A DNA stretch of 64,000 nucleotides. Origin: Paraphysomonas bandaiensis (taxonomy: Eukaryota; Protista; Chrysophyceae). The notes below the pieces were generated by a model, which saw only the letters and a program-made list of their open reading frames with translations, did not search any database and was not told the origin of the DNA. A program made the position numbers and the translations under genes. Shown here piece by piece: positions 26,687-40,048 of this stretch (its first letter is position 1; the number at the start of each line of letters is the position of its first letter). Location of the stretch: the NCBI GenBank assembly GCA_965644295.1, contig CBFFRP010000111.1:124001-188000 (forward strand), read 5' to 3'.

Positions 26687-28476
26687 TTATGTATTTCTTA
26701 GAGGCTTTTTTTTGGGGTGAAACTTGTCGTAATTTTCCTGACCAAATAAATCAACAATAACACGCAATTCAACCTTTTCAGCTATGCATTTTAAATTACT
26801 CTTCCATTCTCTGTACGAAGTAGACTGACTTGCCATACAGGGTTTCGGCTCATCAAGAAAACGTTTCTCGTCATCGTACAATAGGCCGAGTCCTTTAGTC
26901 AATACTCGATTTAGTTTTTTCTGTTTGTTGACGTTGTCTACCATAGGGTATCTCTTTCCTACAATTTCATGTAATTCATAATCAAAATAGTCAATAATAA
27001 CTGTTGATAAGCATAATTTTTCGAGAGTTTTATATTGAATGAAGGATATATGGGGCATGCGCTGCATGTTAACTCTCATGTATTGAAAAACATTTGTCGT
27101 AGTAGTGGATGGACCTTTGGAAGGTCCTTCAGTAATCGGAGGCAAGACTGTAGGCGATGTAGGTATCCGTGATACAGTCTCTGAAGTTGGTATAGTGGTA
27201 TCCGTTGGAATATTTTTCAAGCCTTCTAGAATATCAGCCACAGCAGTGTCTAATTTCTTGTGCAGATCAGCTATTGCAATAGTTTGGGTGTCACACTTTC
27301 TATGAAGCTGTTGTATTTGGTCTCGAAGAATGCGATTCTCCTGGTAAATTTCGTCTACATTTCTTGTGTCTACAAAATTAAGGCGAAGCCATTCCTCCTC
27401 AATCGCAGCACTCCATTGCATTATGTCATTCCAAGTGAAATGGTGGCGCATCATGTTGTGCTTGAATTTACAAACCACTGCATGTTGTGCCGTGTATTTA
27501 GAAACAAATGATGGTAACCTCATAAGGAATGTAGCAAACACAGAGAGTTTAAATTGAAATAGACAGCCATCAACCCCAAATTCTGGGTAAGTGAGTGGAT
27601 AACATGTTTCGATTAACGCCATCACTTGTTCTCGGTTTCCATTGTTGATAAATACACACTCGGGTGGATATATCTTATTCCTGGGATTAGAGTAGCCACT
27701 TAAAATTTTTCCACCCACAGCAATAGTGACATCTAGTCCCATGATATACTCAAAAATGCTGCACTCTCCGGAGAAGTCCCATCCTCCACGCATAATCGCA
27801 TGGAAGATGCCGCCTGACTGACTACTGGCTATGTCAGTTGCAGCCCCGACTCTAAGACCCTTGCCTGTTGTTTCCCCACTGGACTTGTTTTCTCTGATAT
27901 ACGCACTCCTTGTGCGATACACCGCTTGATAATATGCTTTGATACTGCCGCTCTCACATCTTTGTACCACAGCTCATTGGAGCTGCTTAATAACTCATTT
28001 CTTTTAAATCGCTTCGTCAGCGCAGTCTTCGTGTCTGACAAATACTGCCAAGCAGTACCTAGGGTCAAAGGCTTCTTCGTTGTTCCATGGACGGCGTGAT
28101 CGATCAAAAAGCCACCGAAACATTGAAATAGTTCTACATTTATATCACTGTCTATGAGTTCCTTATACCTCTTCTTCCCGTCGAACCGCATCTCCAAGTA
28201 CTTCGCAAACTGAGCTAACGCAGAGGAGTTACGATTTTTGGTTTCCCCATCACCGACTTTTCTAATGCCCCCTGTGGTAGTTGATTCCGTGGTAGTTGAT
28301 TCCGTGGTAGTTGATTCCGTGGTAGTTGATTCCGTGGTAGTTGATTCCGTGGTAGTTGATTCCGTGGTAGTTGATTCCGTGGTAGTTGATTCCATGCTAC
28401 TATGATATGTTCTCGCTGTTATTATGTTCTGTATGTATGATACCATGCTGTGATGAGAGAGCTCCTCCTTCAACAC
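26687..28476 (-). pseudogene. Tyrosine recombinase, frameshifted by a deletion at 27870/27871
   Basis: N-terminal core-binding-like region (LTLGTAWQYLSDTK) fused out of frame to KGLRVGAAT...RGGWDFSGECSIFEY...GKILSGY, i.e. the (H/K)xxR, W and catalytic Y motifs. Confidence 0.78.
28274..28395 (-). repeat. 15-bp coding minisatellite (ESTTT)n
   Basis: GTGGTAGTTGATTCC x8 here and x4 in copy 2. Confidence 0.95.
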
Positions 28477-29164
28477 CCACCTCCCTGGATCTATTACTCA
28501 CCAGCAACACCATACATACCACTGGTCACTCATCATCACCACTTATATAGTTCCACACCATTATGGTGCGGGCTTGAGTACGGTACCTTCCACATTTTAC
28601 AGAAAATACATAAATACGGTACGTATAGTACGTATAGTACGCACACCACATTTGCAATCGAACCCCAATAAAAGCCTTGCATAAACACTCGTGCACCTCA
28701 AGTGTACAATAGCGACTTCTCTCTTATGATGGTCACATGTACTTGCCCCCCTATAGGGTAGTACGGGTAATACCTGTATGTATGTATATGGAAGTATATA
28801 CTGCAACTGCTATACAGGAATACGGGCCCACATAACTTTGATATAAATTTGCAGCAGGTTTCACATCGACCGAAGTCACCAGCAGCAGATCATAGTCGTA
28901 CATCATCATCAGCAGATAAAATTGGACATCATACCCGAGCGTTGGCTCAATATGTAGGTACACTGTGGTACATTACCAATGTCCAAATGGTGTTGCATAA
29001 TATGTATCCTGAACACAATGAAGGTCCTAAAGCAATATATAGGGTCCTGATATAGGGTCCTAAACCAACATAGGGTCCTAAAAGTCAATGTAACCATGCA
29101 TGTGACTCAATAGCGTGATACTATAGCCACGTAGATAGGGCATGGGAAATGCCACGTGGTCACA

Positions 29165-29460
29165 CTGCCTCCTCCCCCGTTTTGGTTGTCTACAGAATAG
29201 CATGCCTCCGGTATTCACAAATGCCAACGGGACTAGGTGTTACGTAGCCGTCAAAACGAAAATCCCCGGAGAATTATAAGTTATATAATAATAATTTGAT
29301 ATGGAATAGAATTGAGAGAGCAATAAGAATAATATGTGTCTAGCGTGGAACTTAATAAGACGCACGGACCTGCTTTTATTTTGCTTCTCTTACTTTCCCC
29401 CATAATATTGTTATATCACAGAGATTGAGTACTACTTATTAAGTAATATTACTGTATGGG
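29165..29460 (-). mobile_element. LTR-retroelement remnant sharing the PBS/leader/gag start with the element at 45101
   Basis: 29370-29455 is the exact reverse complement of 45415-45500. A PPT-like GGGGGAGGAGGCAG followed by TG lies at about 29165-29178. No paired LTRs found. Confidence 0.65.
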
Positions 29461-29577
29461 TATACACGTCTACCATACACACATAAATATGCACTCCTGT
29501 ACGTACTCCACACGGAAAGTGCGAACTAGATAAGATCCAGTCGAGTGTTTATACATTGAGCTCTGCCGCACATAGCT

Positions 29578-29775
29578 ACACATATATACATACCTACATA
29601 CTGTACATACATACCTACATACAGTACCTACCTACATACATACATACATACATACATACATACATACATACATACATACATACATACATACATACATACA
29701 TACGTACATACATACATACATACATACATACATGCAATACATACATACACATACATACACATACATACATACATG
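29578..29775. repeat. Imperfect (CATA)n microsatellite
   Basis: Direct observation. Confidence 0.95.
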
Positions 29776-29914
29776 CACACACACAAGCTACGAAGGTTCC
29801 TACCTACAGTATCTACTTCGTATACATATCTCGTACTCTGTACAAATATTCTGGACGTGCCCAGGCCCCGCAGATGGATGTACCACACATAGCCCTTATA
29901 TTCTCGAATGCTAA

Positions 29915-30388
29915 GGCCGTTCCTTACGGTTGGGTAAAAAAAAAATGAAATTTTTTTTCTTCCGCATTCTCAACACGGTTGGTCAAAAAAAAAGATAACA
30001 TACACATGATGAAAGCACCCATTTCTATAGGAGAAACTGTCAAAAACCAGTGTTTTGTAAAGAAAAGGGGGTTTCATGCCATATATATTGAAAAGTTAAT
30101 GTAGATATATTGGATGCATTATGCTGGTTCCAGGACACCGTTTGAATCACAACAAGCGCTCAGCCTACTCGACATAGACTTGGTAAAACTCGTGATAACA
30201 ATAATATGACTCGAGGTTCCTAATATAGGCCGCAATATTATTTCTTACCATACCATGTATGTTGGAAAGAAATGAAATCATTTCTTACCATGATCCAAAA
30301 TAATTTTTTTTTTGACCACCGTAAGGAACGGGAAGAGCAAGAAAAAAAAAATTCATTTTTTATTTTTTACCCACCGTAAGGAACGGCC
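29915..30388. mobile_element. Tourist-like MITE (PIF/Harbinger superfamily), 474 bp
   Basis: TIR GGCCGTTCCTTACGGT(T)GGGTAAAAAA, TAA TSD on both sides, internal partial TIR repeats near 29975 and 30315, non-coding. Confidence 0.92.
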
Positions 30389-30440
30389 TAAGAAATCGAT
30401 TTATTTCAAAAACAAGTGAAGTCGAAATGTTTATATCTCC

Positions 30441-30499
30441 TACATACATACATACATACATACATACATACATACATACATACATACATACATACATAC
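30441..30499. repeat. (CATA)n microsatellite
   Basis: Direct observation, about 130 bp upstream of ATG 30632. Confidence 0.97.
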
Positions 30500-30631
30500 T
30501 TCTTCTATTCATTGTATTGTATAGTAAGAAGAGTCTTAGTAGTTAACTCTGATCACTATCATCATCATATTATTAATATGATACATCACACTTAACTCCA
30601 TCATATTCTACCCTCATTCATTACATTAATT

Positions 30632-33600
30632 ATGAATACTAGTGTAAATTATGAAGATGATTATGATAATGATACTATATCTGATATATCATTTGAAGAT
30701 GTTGATAATTTCTATAATCGTGATGATGTTATCACAGCCAAAAGGACAGCATCATTTGCATTTATTCCAACAGCAAGTAATATCACTGATCAAGTTGATA
30801 TAGAACAACAAAAGACACCACAACGTGTGATTACTGATGCATTTACACCACCACGTCTTGGAACAATACATGGAGTACTTATACCATGTTTATTATCTAA
30901 TATGATGGGTGCTATGCTATTCATGCGTCTTCCTTGGATTACAAGTCAAGTTGGAGTATACTTAGCAGTTGTAACATTCGTTCTCTCTTCTGGTTCTACA
31001 TTATTGACGTTTATGTCTCTTGTTGCAATTGCTACTAATGGGAAGTTGAAAAAATCCGGTGGTCTTTATGTTCTTATTCGAAAACATCTAGGCTTAGAGT
31101 TGGGTGGCTCCATTGGTTTGCTTCACTTATTTCAGAAAATGCTGGTGGTGTCAATGTACTGCCTCGCTGCTTCTGAATCAGCCCTCAACTCCACTAACAG
31201 CATTGGCATGATGCCCTATGATGTGCCCATATTCGCCATTGTGTTGTGCGTTCTAATGACATTTTTGCTTTTGCAACCACGCTTATTAAAGAACATCAAC
31301 GATGCTTGCCTGGTCATACTTGTAGGTGCTATTCTAACTGTGCTCTGCTTTGTTGTGGGTGGGATAGCTTTTAGTGCGAATAGTTGGAATGGGAAACTTA
31401 CTGATGATGACCGCAAGTACGTAGACTGTCTCACTCCAGCCTATAAGAAGGATGAGGATACCAGTGTCACTCCCTCTTTTTTTACCCTCTTAGCCCTGTA
31501 TTATGCCTCTGCGAGTGGTTTCATGGGGGCGTGCACAAGATCAGGTGGTGTATGCTATACTGTGTAAATATACATGTATCACTTACTTCTTTCTTTTGCA
31601 GGTAATCTCTTGGCCAATCCAGGGCGCTCGATTCCTCTGGGTACTTTGTCCGCCACTCTTGTTGTCTCCTGCGTCGTCCTGTTTATTATATTTCTCTGTG
31701 GATTCGCGATCAACCGCGAGACTCTACAGGAAGAGAAACTAGTTCTCGCGATGCTCTCCTGGCCGTCTGTGGAAGTAGGCCAGGTAGGCATCACGCTATG
31801 CTGCATTGGCGCGGCGATGGTTAACTTCAAAGGTATTCCGCGATTAATATTCCTGATCGATAACGACGGTGCGGTACCGTTTTTCCGGCCGATATTGCAT
31901 CACCATATGTCACATTCACATGATGTGCAAACAGTTCGCTCTGGTGCTTCTTCTGGTCATATGCAGGCTGCAACCTGTGTCGTGTTTTTAACATTCTTAG
32001 GAGTCTCGTTGCCTTGTTTGACGGGAAACATGGACTATCTCGCACAGTTCGTGGCCTTGCCAAGTCTTCTTGTGCACGTTTCAGTGAACTTCTCGTGCTT
32101 TCTTTTGGCTATTGTTAAAGCACCAGGCTTTAGACCGCATTGGCAGTACTTCAGGTATTAATTCGTTCGTTATGATTGTAGGGTGGATTTGGTGTTAGCT
32201 GCGTGTGAAATTCGCCTATTGTTTTTGCTTATATTAAAGGCTCATTTTGCATTCATGAATACAGTTGGCATACAGCCCTGCTGGGTACGTTATGGTGTTT
32301 TGGTATGATGCTTCTGATCAACTGGTGGTTGAGCATTCTGTTCACCGTTCTACTGCTCGTGCTGTTTGTAATGGTATCTCGAAGCACTGCTGGCAATGAC
32401 TGGGGTGATGCACTCTCCGGACTCATGTACCAGCAGGTAGGCATCACTACTGACAGCACTTCCTGTTGCATCGTATGCGTACTTGAAATTAGTTGGGGAA
32501 GAGCTCACTCAACAAACGAGCTGTCTAATGTCGTAGCATCATACAAAACCTGCAGTGTCGTTGAGGTTGCATTGTAGTCATGCGGTGTATTTATCAGGCG
32601 CGAAATCTTCTATTGTATATGAGTGGCCCTGCCTCAAGTTCTCGACGATCTAAAAACTGGAGACCACAACTAATGGTAATATGTTTATTGTGATGTATAT
32701 GTTGGCAAAAGAATTATGGTCCCGACATTGCGACATGTGTGGTTAACATATGAATTAAGGTTGTTACTCATATACGAGAAAAGCGGACGGGTGATTCCCC
32801 AACTCGGTTTCTTCATGAGTCCTTGATCCGGCTGGCAGGACAAATGAAGAAAGGAGAGGGGCTGACTATGGTTGCTGCCCTTCTTGAGGTATTGCTTTGC
32901 AGAAAATGTTATCATAATTCTCCGCGATACTGTTTAAAACTCTATTGATACTGTCCATTCTTATAACGCCATCTGTATACCAGGGAGAACCAGCCTACGT
33001 GCATCCTCAGGTCTGCGATGAAATTCAGGATGACTTGGAGGCATTCATGCGCAATGAGGGCATTTATGGATTTGCAAGGTGGGTACATATATATAGAACT
33101 CTGCGTTTCCACATGTTCGAACTTGTACAGTTAATAGGTTGAATTGATTCCCTGTATGAATATGTTTTGTATCGTGGTGCTTGCCGTTATACTCGTTTGA
33201 GGGTGCTTTATTGCGCAGGTGTTGTGTTACTCGGACCCTTGTGGATGGATTCGACACTGTCGTTCAGATGGCAGGCATGTACTACCCAAGCGGTTTTGTA
33301 TTATGAAAATGATACCTCTTGTTAGTTATGTAGTGTGTGTACTTACGATGATGCCTAATACACCCAGCGCTCATACGTATATGACAATTGCGTTGTAAGT
33401 AGGTGTGGGAACAATGAAACCGAACACACTCATTTGCCAATGGCCAGATGGACTGGAAGATATGTGTTACGACGACGCACGTGAGCATGTTGAGAGGGTA
33501 CGGACATCATTTGATTGGTCTAATGGCTAGCTACTTTTTAATACTTTTATCATAAAGTTATATGTAGAAGTCATATCATGCTGATTTGGATTATGTTACA

Positions 33601-35257
33601 TGCACTCATGTGCTTTGTTTTTTTCTTATAGTTTCGCGTTGTTGCGACATCCAAGAAGGCCCTGATTGTAGTTAAGGGAGCCAACGCTCTTCCCTCTAAT
33701 CAGGCTCGCTATCGTGGGTACATAGATGTGTGGTGGGTGGTAAACGTTCATGATGGGGGACTTCTCATTTTACTTCCCCATCTCCTGTGGCTCCACAAGG
33801 TAATTTCATTGATTAAACGTTATGTGAATAGTGTTCAGTGTGAAATAGTATGATATTGTTCACACGAGTGGCGACCAGATGTACATACCATCGCTTGTAT
33901 TGTACGAGATATTTATGTATTGTGTACTAGGTGTGGCATCATTGCCAGCTTCGGTTGTTCGTTGTAATGACGAGCCCCGGCGACAATCCCGTCAAGCTAA
34001 AGCGTCGGGCTGAAGAGCACCTAGATCATGTAAGTATTGTCACCAATGATTTCTATAGATATTTCACTATTGTACATCTTACTCTTTCGTGTTATGTGGT
34101 TTTGTGTGAACTCATACGTGTGAGGCAGGAGAGAGTGGATGCAACAGTGGAAGTTGTTGACTTGTCCGCGTCGTCACATGGCGTCTATGACTTCACTCTC
34201 GATCACAAGTGAGCAACACAAGTTTTATATATTATTTTGATGGGAGGGTGATTGTTCTGTGATGCTGGTCCATCTGATTATTTTGAAGTCTTGTTAATTG
34301 CTTCAGTTTTTAATTGGTGCAATATGACTTACCTTCTGTTTTAGTGCGCGTAATCAGCTGCTGATGACACTCAACAATCCGCATACTCTTTCCGTAGCGC
34401 TACGACAAGGTATCTACACATCACACTTTTTCGCAGTTTGCCGATCATGATGTTTGCAGACTCCGACTACAGACTTAGTGTTGCCAGAAAGTCTCATCTG
34501 GCAGAAATATTTAGAAGTGTATCTCCATCAGGGGAAGTACCTAAAACTAATTCGGATAGCCTAATGCGTAGTCCAGACCACTTCACACCACATACAAGTC
34601 CTGAAAGGCCAGATACCAATGACCGTGACCACGGTGACATAAACGGTTCTCATGACGAGGTACTTGTTACTGTTGATTTCTGTGTACTATGAACATTGTT
34701 GTTCTGTCGATTCTAATATGTACCCTTCAGCTCCGTTGTGATGATGGTGGATCAACTGATGGAATAGTACTAGACACAATAGAAATGTCTCAGGTAGATT
34801 TATCTCCCCCCTGTATCGAGCATCGACCCGATGAAGCCTTCATCGCCAATTGCATGCAGGTACATATCCCCGAAGTTTATTTTTCTCTGTAGTTATGTAT
34901 TGCATGCGCATATCTGCGTATATTTATAAAAACTTGATTACCTGACGGTTGAATGGTGCTGTACAGATAGCGGTACAGTTTAATGCCCTTCTCAGACAGC
35001 GGAGTAAGGACTCTAAACTTGTTGTGCTCAATTTCCCTCCGGTATGATACATATATGCATGCTGAGAGATGTTTCTAATAAACTGAATAGTTACACAAAA
35101 TGGATGATGCAGACTTTATTAACTACACTGCGACACTGACCAACAACCTTCAGCCGGTATGAACTGCGACTGGATTATTTCATACTGGTGACTAAATCAT
35201 TTGCAGGTGCTATTAGTGAAAGGAACTGGACAGGAAATTATCACATCCTATAGTTAG
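30632..35257 (+). CDS. SLC12 cation-chloride cotransporter (KCC/CCC-like), multi-exon
   Basis: LGTIHGVLIPCL, LFMRLPWI, GGLYVLIRKHLGLELGGSIG, SGNLLANPGRSIPLGT, PGFRPHWQYF, KNWRPQL, IDVWW..HDGGLLILLPHLL and terminal LVKGTGQEIIT. Confidence 0.93.
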
Positions 35258-36502
35258 ACAGTGTATTCCGTGGGCTATATATATTATGAGTTAGTAGTTT
35301 GATAAACTCTGTATTTTGTTTTGATCGAGTTTTGATATAGATGGTCAACTGATTTCTCTTCGGTTTCAAATTAGTGAAAGATTATAAGTGTAAGAGAGAA
35401 GCAATAATGGTGGTAAACTGAATCATGGCGTTGATATCTATTTGTTGTGCACCCTTCACTGCAACCTTGAATGAAGATTAGGAAATTAAAGTGTAAATGC
35501 TGAAGGTCAAATAACTTACCCAGCAGTGTTGAACAACTATACGTTGAGTTTTTCGTATTTGTAATCTATTAAATGCGTTAAAGTGCTTATTTTACGAATA
35601 CAGTTGATATGCATTATGTTCGACGTTAGACAAACTAAAATTAGATCGTGTCTATCTAAGATCTGATAATATTGATTGGTAGCCGAGAGAAAATAAATTT
35701 AGTGAATACCTATGAATGATGAGAGCTGTTGATAATTTTACTAATTGATTATTGAGTGAGTTCATTCTTCCGTTACATATAGGTTTACTGGTGTACCCAC
35801 GTATCGGCAGTCTGCATCATAGTTTTCGGAAATAAATGGAAGCAAACTTATTCTAGTATATTCAGTATGTCACTTGAAGACAATGTACGAGAATACAGTG
35901 AAATATAGTGATGATATTGAGAAACTGAAATAGTTTGATCTTTCGAGATATGTTCAGTAACGAGAGGTTCGCATATGTAGGATATTATGCATGGATTAAA
36001 ATGAGTTAGTGTTGTTTATCACAACTTCGTGTAAACGTTATTAATAAATATATCTAGTCTGACTACAAATTCTCTCTGTGATCTAGCTTAAAATTAGCAA
36101 TTTCCAACACAATACAACTACGGCTGGAATACAGGTAATTGTTGTCTCAACATTAGAGGCATCTTTGAACAAAAATATACAAAGGATGCCGATACGATAG
36201 AGTGAAAGTACCAAGGACAAGATAGCTAACTTAAAGTAGCCACTATCTATATAATATGTGAAGCAGCAAATCGCACCTTTTACAATAGTCTGTTTTGTTG
36301 CGAGGTAAAAAGAATAAGTTATACAATTATTATTGAACGGTAGATTGTGTGAGTGTGATTGCTATCGGCACATCCGATCACAAATGAAATCATCCAAGAG
36401 TCTCATTGACGATTGACGAGAGTGATCAGTATTAGGATTCATCTTAATACAAGATAATTATGTGTGAATTATGATGTTCAATGAAATATATCATGTACTG
36501 AA

Positions 36503-38472
36503 TTAATGTGTATCTGTTGAAGATACTTGATCATCATCAGAACGATCGTCATAGTCAGTTATACTTCTAACTATTCTGTTGTGCATGACAGTTATGTTTA
36601 TATTGTTATTCATATTCTTCACTTCACTTTGTTTATCACTTACATTCTAATAATCACAACATTTTTTCAATTCTTTATTATCAGTGAAAGCAACTTATTA
36701 TAATATGAAAAAAATGCACGATCAACGGTTATATGACTTAACGAAATACATGCATACAAGAGCTATGTGAATGATGATCCAAAAGGAACACAATACCCCA
36801 AAGCAATACAGATCATATATAGAGTGAATCATTTCCTGCAAAACTAAATACCAGTAGCCAGTGAATGTAGCGGTCATTTTCGATGCACTTTCGACAGGAA
36901 ACGGAATTTCACCAATATTTTCTGCAGGAAGCACCCGGCGTCGTGATGCAGTACAGACGTGAATGATCAAAACTATCATAACAATGTACGAAGCATGGAG
37001 ATACTTATCCAATAAAGTGACATAAGATATTTTTGGAAGTCTATCGGAAATGATAAATTTGAGTGAAATAAGCATAAGCCACGTCCTGTTCAGAAAATGC
37101 ATTAAGAAAAACATTAAGCTCAATCAAACAGTACAAATGTAGGAATACATTGAAACGTCAAATACAGACCACAGTATATTTACTAACTTACGTAAATATT
37201 ATGGAGAGTCTATCCGACAAATTTTCAGGAGGAATGAGAAACAAAGAGAATGATGACAACACGATTGTGAATGTGGTGAAGAAAACGTTATTTATATACC
37301 ATCCAGGTTTCCTGAGAGCATGCAAATGACATGCTATACTGGCGTAGATTATGCCTATTTTACAACACAACACAATAATTAGCAACGCGTCGATAGCAGT
37401 AATAAAATTAAATCGACTACAGCAGAACGCAAACATAACATCGCATCTTTCAATTTCCCAGGTATTGAAATAATCATACCTGATGGCGGCGGTTCGATAG
37501 ACGAATTACAGTTTAAGTATATCTTATTGTACCCCAGTGGATTCAATTTCCATTCACTGCTCTCATCCTTTTCCTTATGAATCATGGGTACGCGATGAGG
37601 ATGTTGCACAAACGCCATCACCTAAAAGACGGCTTAGTGAGCCAATCTACTCACACCACAACTGCATTTATCATACGTTGCCACACACAGCAAATAGTAT
37701 CTTCATAGCATAGCACTTACTTTCAAAGGATGCTCACTCAGTAATTTAATAACAATTTCTTGACTGTCAAATGGAAAATCATGAAGCTTTAGCGTCTGAT
37801 GAATAGTCGCTTGAACGTGATGATAAGAATGAACATGACCAGTTTCAATATTCTTAAGTGACGTAATACTCTTAACAATTTCTACGTTACTCGAGTGAAG
37901 AATTTTCCATGCAGGATTAAACACATTCTTCCCTACTTCGAGCTCTTCAGGCCATGTTGTGTAGTCAGCACGCCCAAAACTTGGGTTATGACTGTGAAGG
38001 TAAGATACAGTATGTTACAATATGATTAATATATTGCATATATACGTGCATGCATGTATGCATATATTACTCATCATATATATATATATATACAGTACAC
38101 TACATACACTTATACAATAACTATATATTCATACCGTACAACAGCAGGATGAGTTGAATAATATCCTTTTAATTTATTAGCAATTCCAGGATCATTCCAT
38201 TCAAATGTAAGTCCAAAATCTATTGTAAATTCTTCCGCTGAACTATCAATTTTATGTAAACGAAAGATTTGTATATTCACTTGTACATTAATGAGTGGTT
38301 TAATATCTTTATATTTATATAATACTTGATTATTTGATGTATGATTTGAGTGATATGATGGTTGGTGGGTTGTATTCTCTATAGATTTAGATGGAAGATA
38401 TTGACGTAAACGATGGACAGTATCTTCAATTGAATATTCATATGAATTAGATGATAGTTTATTGATATACAT
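36503..38472 (-). CDS. Cys-less pentameric ligand-gated ion channel subunit, multi-exon
   Basis: IFRLHKID..EEFTIDF...WNDP, LKLHDFPFDSQ (Pro-loop without Cys), LRKPGWYI, DRLSII, LPKISYVTLLDKY and 4 TM segments. Confidence 0.88.
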
Positions 38473-39103
38473 TAGAGGATAGAATGTAATTATATGATAG
38501 AAGGAGGAGGGGGGGGGGGGTATGTTAATACTATGAATTATGTATGTATATATATAGAGAGAGTGAGATGCAGTCCAAGATCATATACATGTATATGCAA
38601 AGATTACGTGTATATATATACTGTATGTTCCATACATATATGCAAGAGGGGACATACACTTTACTTTGTATACTCGACTCTGGATGCATACCAGGCATAC
38701 TGCTGTCAAAAAATAGGCATCGTAGATCGTTGGTTACTCATCCATCATTTTTTTAAATGATAAAATGTGGCATTTTGAATGGTTTTTTTGTGTAGATGGC
38801 TCATTTTCTATATAATTGATTGCACAAAACTTTGGTTTTTATATAAAAATACTAATATTAGGATAAAATGCTGATATTATGTAAAAAAATGCTTATTAAG
38901 GCGAGAATATCCTGATAAATTGATAGGAACTTATATATCGGTTGAGACTAATCTGGTAACCATGCAAGAGCATGCATACCATACCACTAGCTGTTAATGC
39001 AATTAATATCATATATTATGCAATAGAGTATGTAAATACGACATGGGAGTATTTCATTGTTGATACTACGAATATATTACCACCTCTATTGTTCATTAAG
39101 GAT

Positions 39104-39567
39104 ATGAAATCTTTTATATTTCTATTGATGGTTAGCATATGCTGTGCAACATATCACATGAAGTCAAAGGATGCCTTTAACGTAGCATCAAGATGGACTT
39201 ATCGTGGTGGAAGTTCGCTTCCTAGAGAAGAGATTAATAATATAATGAAGCTGAAGTCTAAATCGTCGACTAAGGACCACATGTGGCTTATGATACGGTC
39301 GTTTTGGCTGTCAATGATAGATCCCACTTACTATACTCAAGTTCTAAAGAATGAATTCAAAACTTCAGGTCCTATTAAGTCCCGTCATTTTGGACGCTCC
39401 TCAAAGAAGTCACGGTATGCAGACTTAAAAATATAACTTCATATTTAAATGGCGTACACAGATCTGAGAGTATGTATGTACCCCTTGGCTCTAGTCTTCC
39501 AACCGGCTTAACCCCTGACAATTCACCGCCTCCTCCGTCATACTGTACTGCTGATGGGTGTCAGTAA
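39104..39567 (+). CDS. Small signal-peptide membrane protein, SelK/SelS-like with a Cys-containing tail (2 exons)
   Basis: Signal peptide MKSFIFLLMVSICCA, an RGG motif, IRSFWLSMIDP, a GT-AG intron at about 39415-39461, and the end PPPPSYCTADGCQ*. Family call is tentative. Confidence 0.55.
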
Positions 39568-40048
39568 TGTATTTGTATATATGGTTTATTTTATTTTGAT
39601 AAGTGTGAGATTAGTCTTCCCACTCTGCACTTTCTGAGAATTTAACTCAAGCACATTTAAAACTTACCTTGTTTGTTTATATTGAAACGCATATCAGTGT
39701 CATCAGCAGTTTACACCACTGAGGTCGTTTTTCTAGTGATACCGACTACACATACCTGTAGCGTAGTGTGAATGAATCATTATTCTAACTATGTATTCTA
39801 CCTGCGTATACCAGGGCTTGGCGTGGGAAAAAAACATTGCAACATATATAGTACAGAGCACAATGTGTTCATGAAGTTTAGGCGTGGGTAATTTGTGGAA
39901 GTTAAACTTAAGTATCTGAAAATACGATGTACGACTTGAGGAAGACATTACAACATCTAACTGGTATATACGTATATACAGGTAGTAGAATTTCTGCAAT
40001 GCATTTTAAAAATATCTCTACGAAAATAAGTATCTACAGATCACAATA

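Larger units (their letters stand above)
25178..28606 (-). mobile_element. Crypton-like tyrosine recombinase transposon, copy 1 (internally deleted)
   Basis: Boundaries are defined by the near-identical inverted copy at 54404-56651. No TIR or TSD; short terminal direct repeat CAG(G)AAAA and subterminal inverted AGCCCGCACC/GGTGCGGGCT; YR motifs in the ORF. Confidence 0.8.

Noticed and set aside
29453-29570. Complete TRIM with paired short LTRs
   Set aside because: The sequence beyond the PPT (left of 29165) does not match 29453-29570, and there is no TSD.
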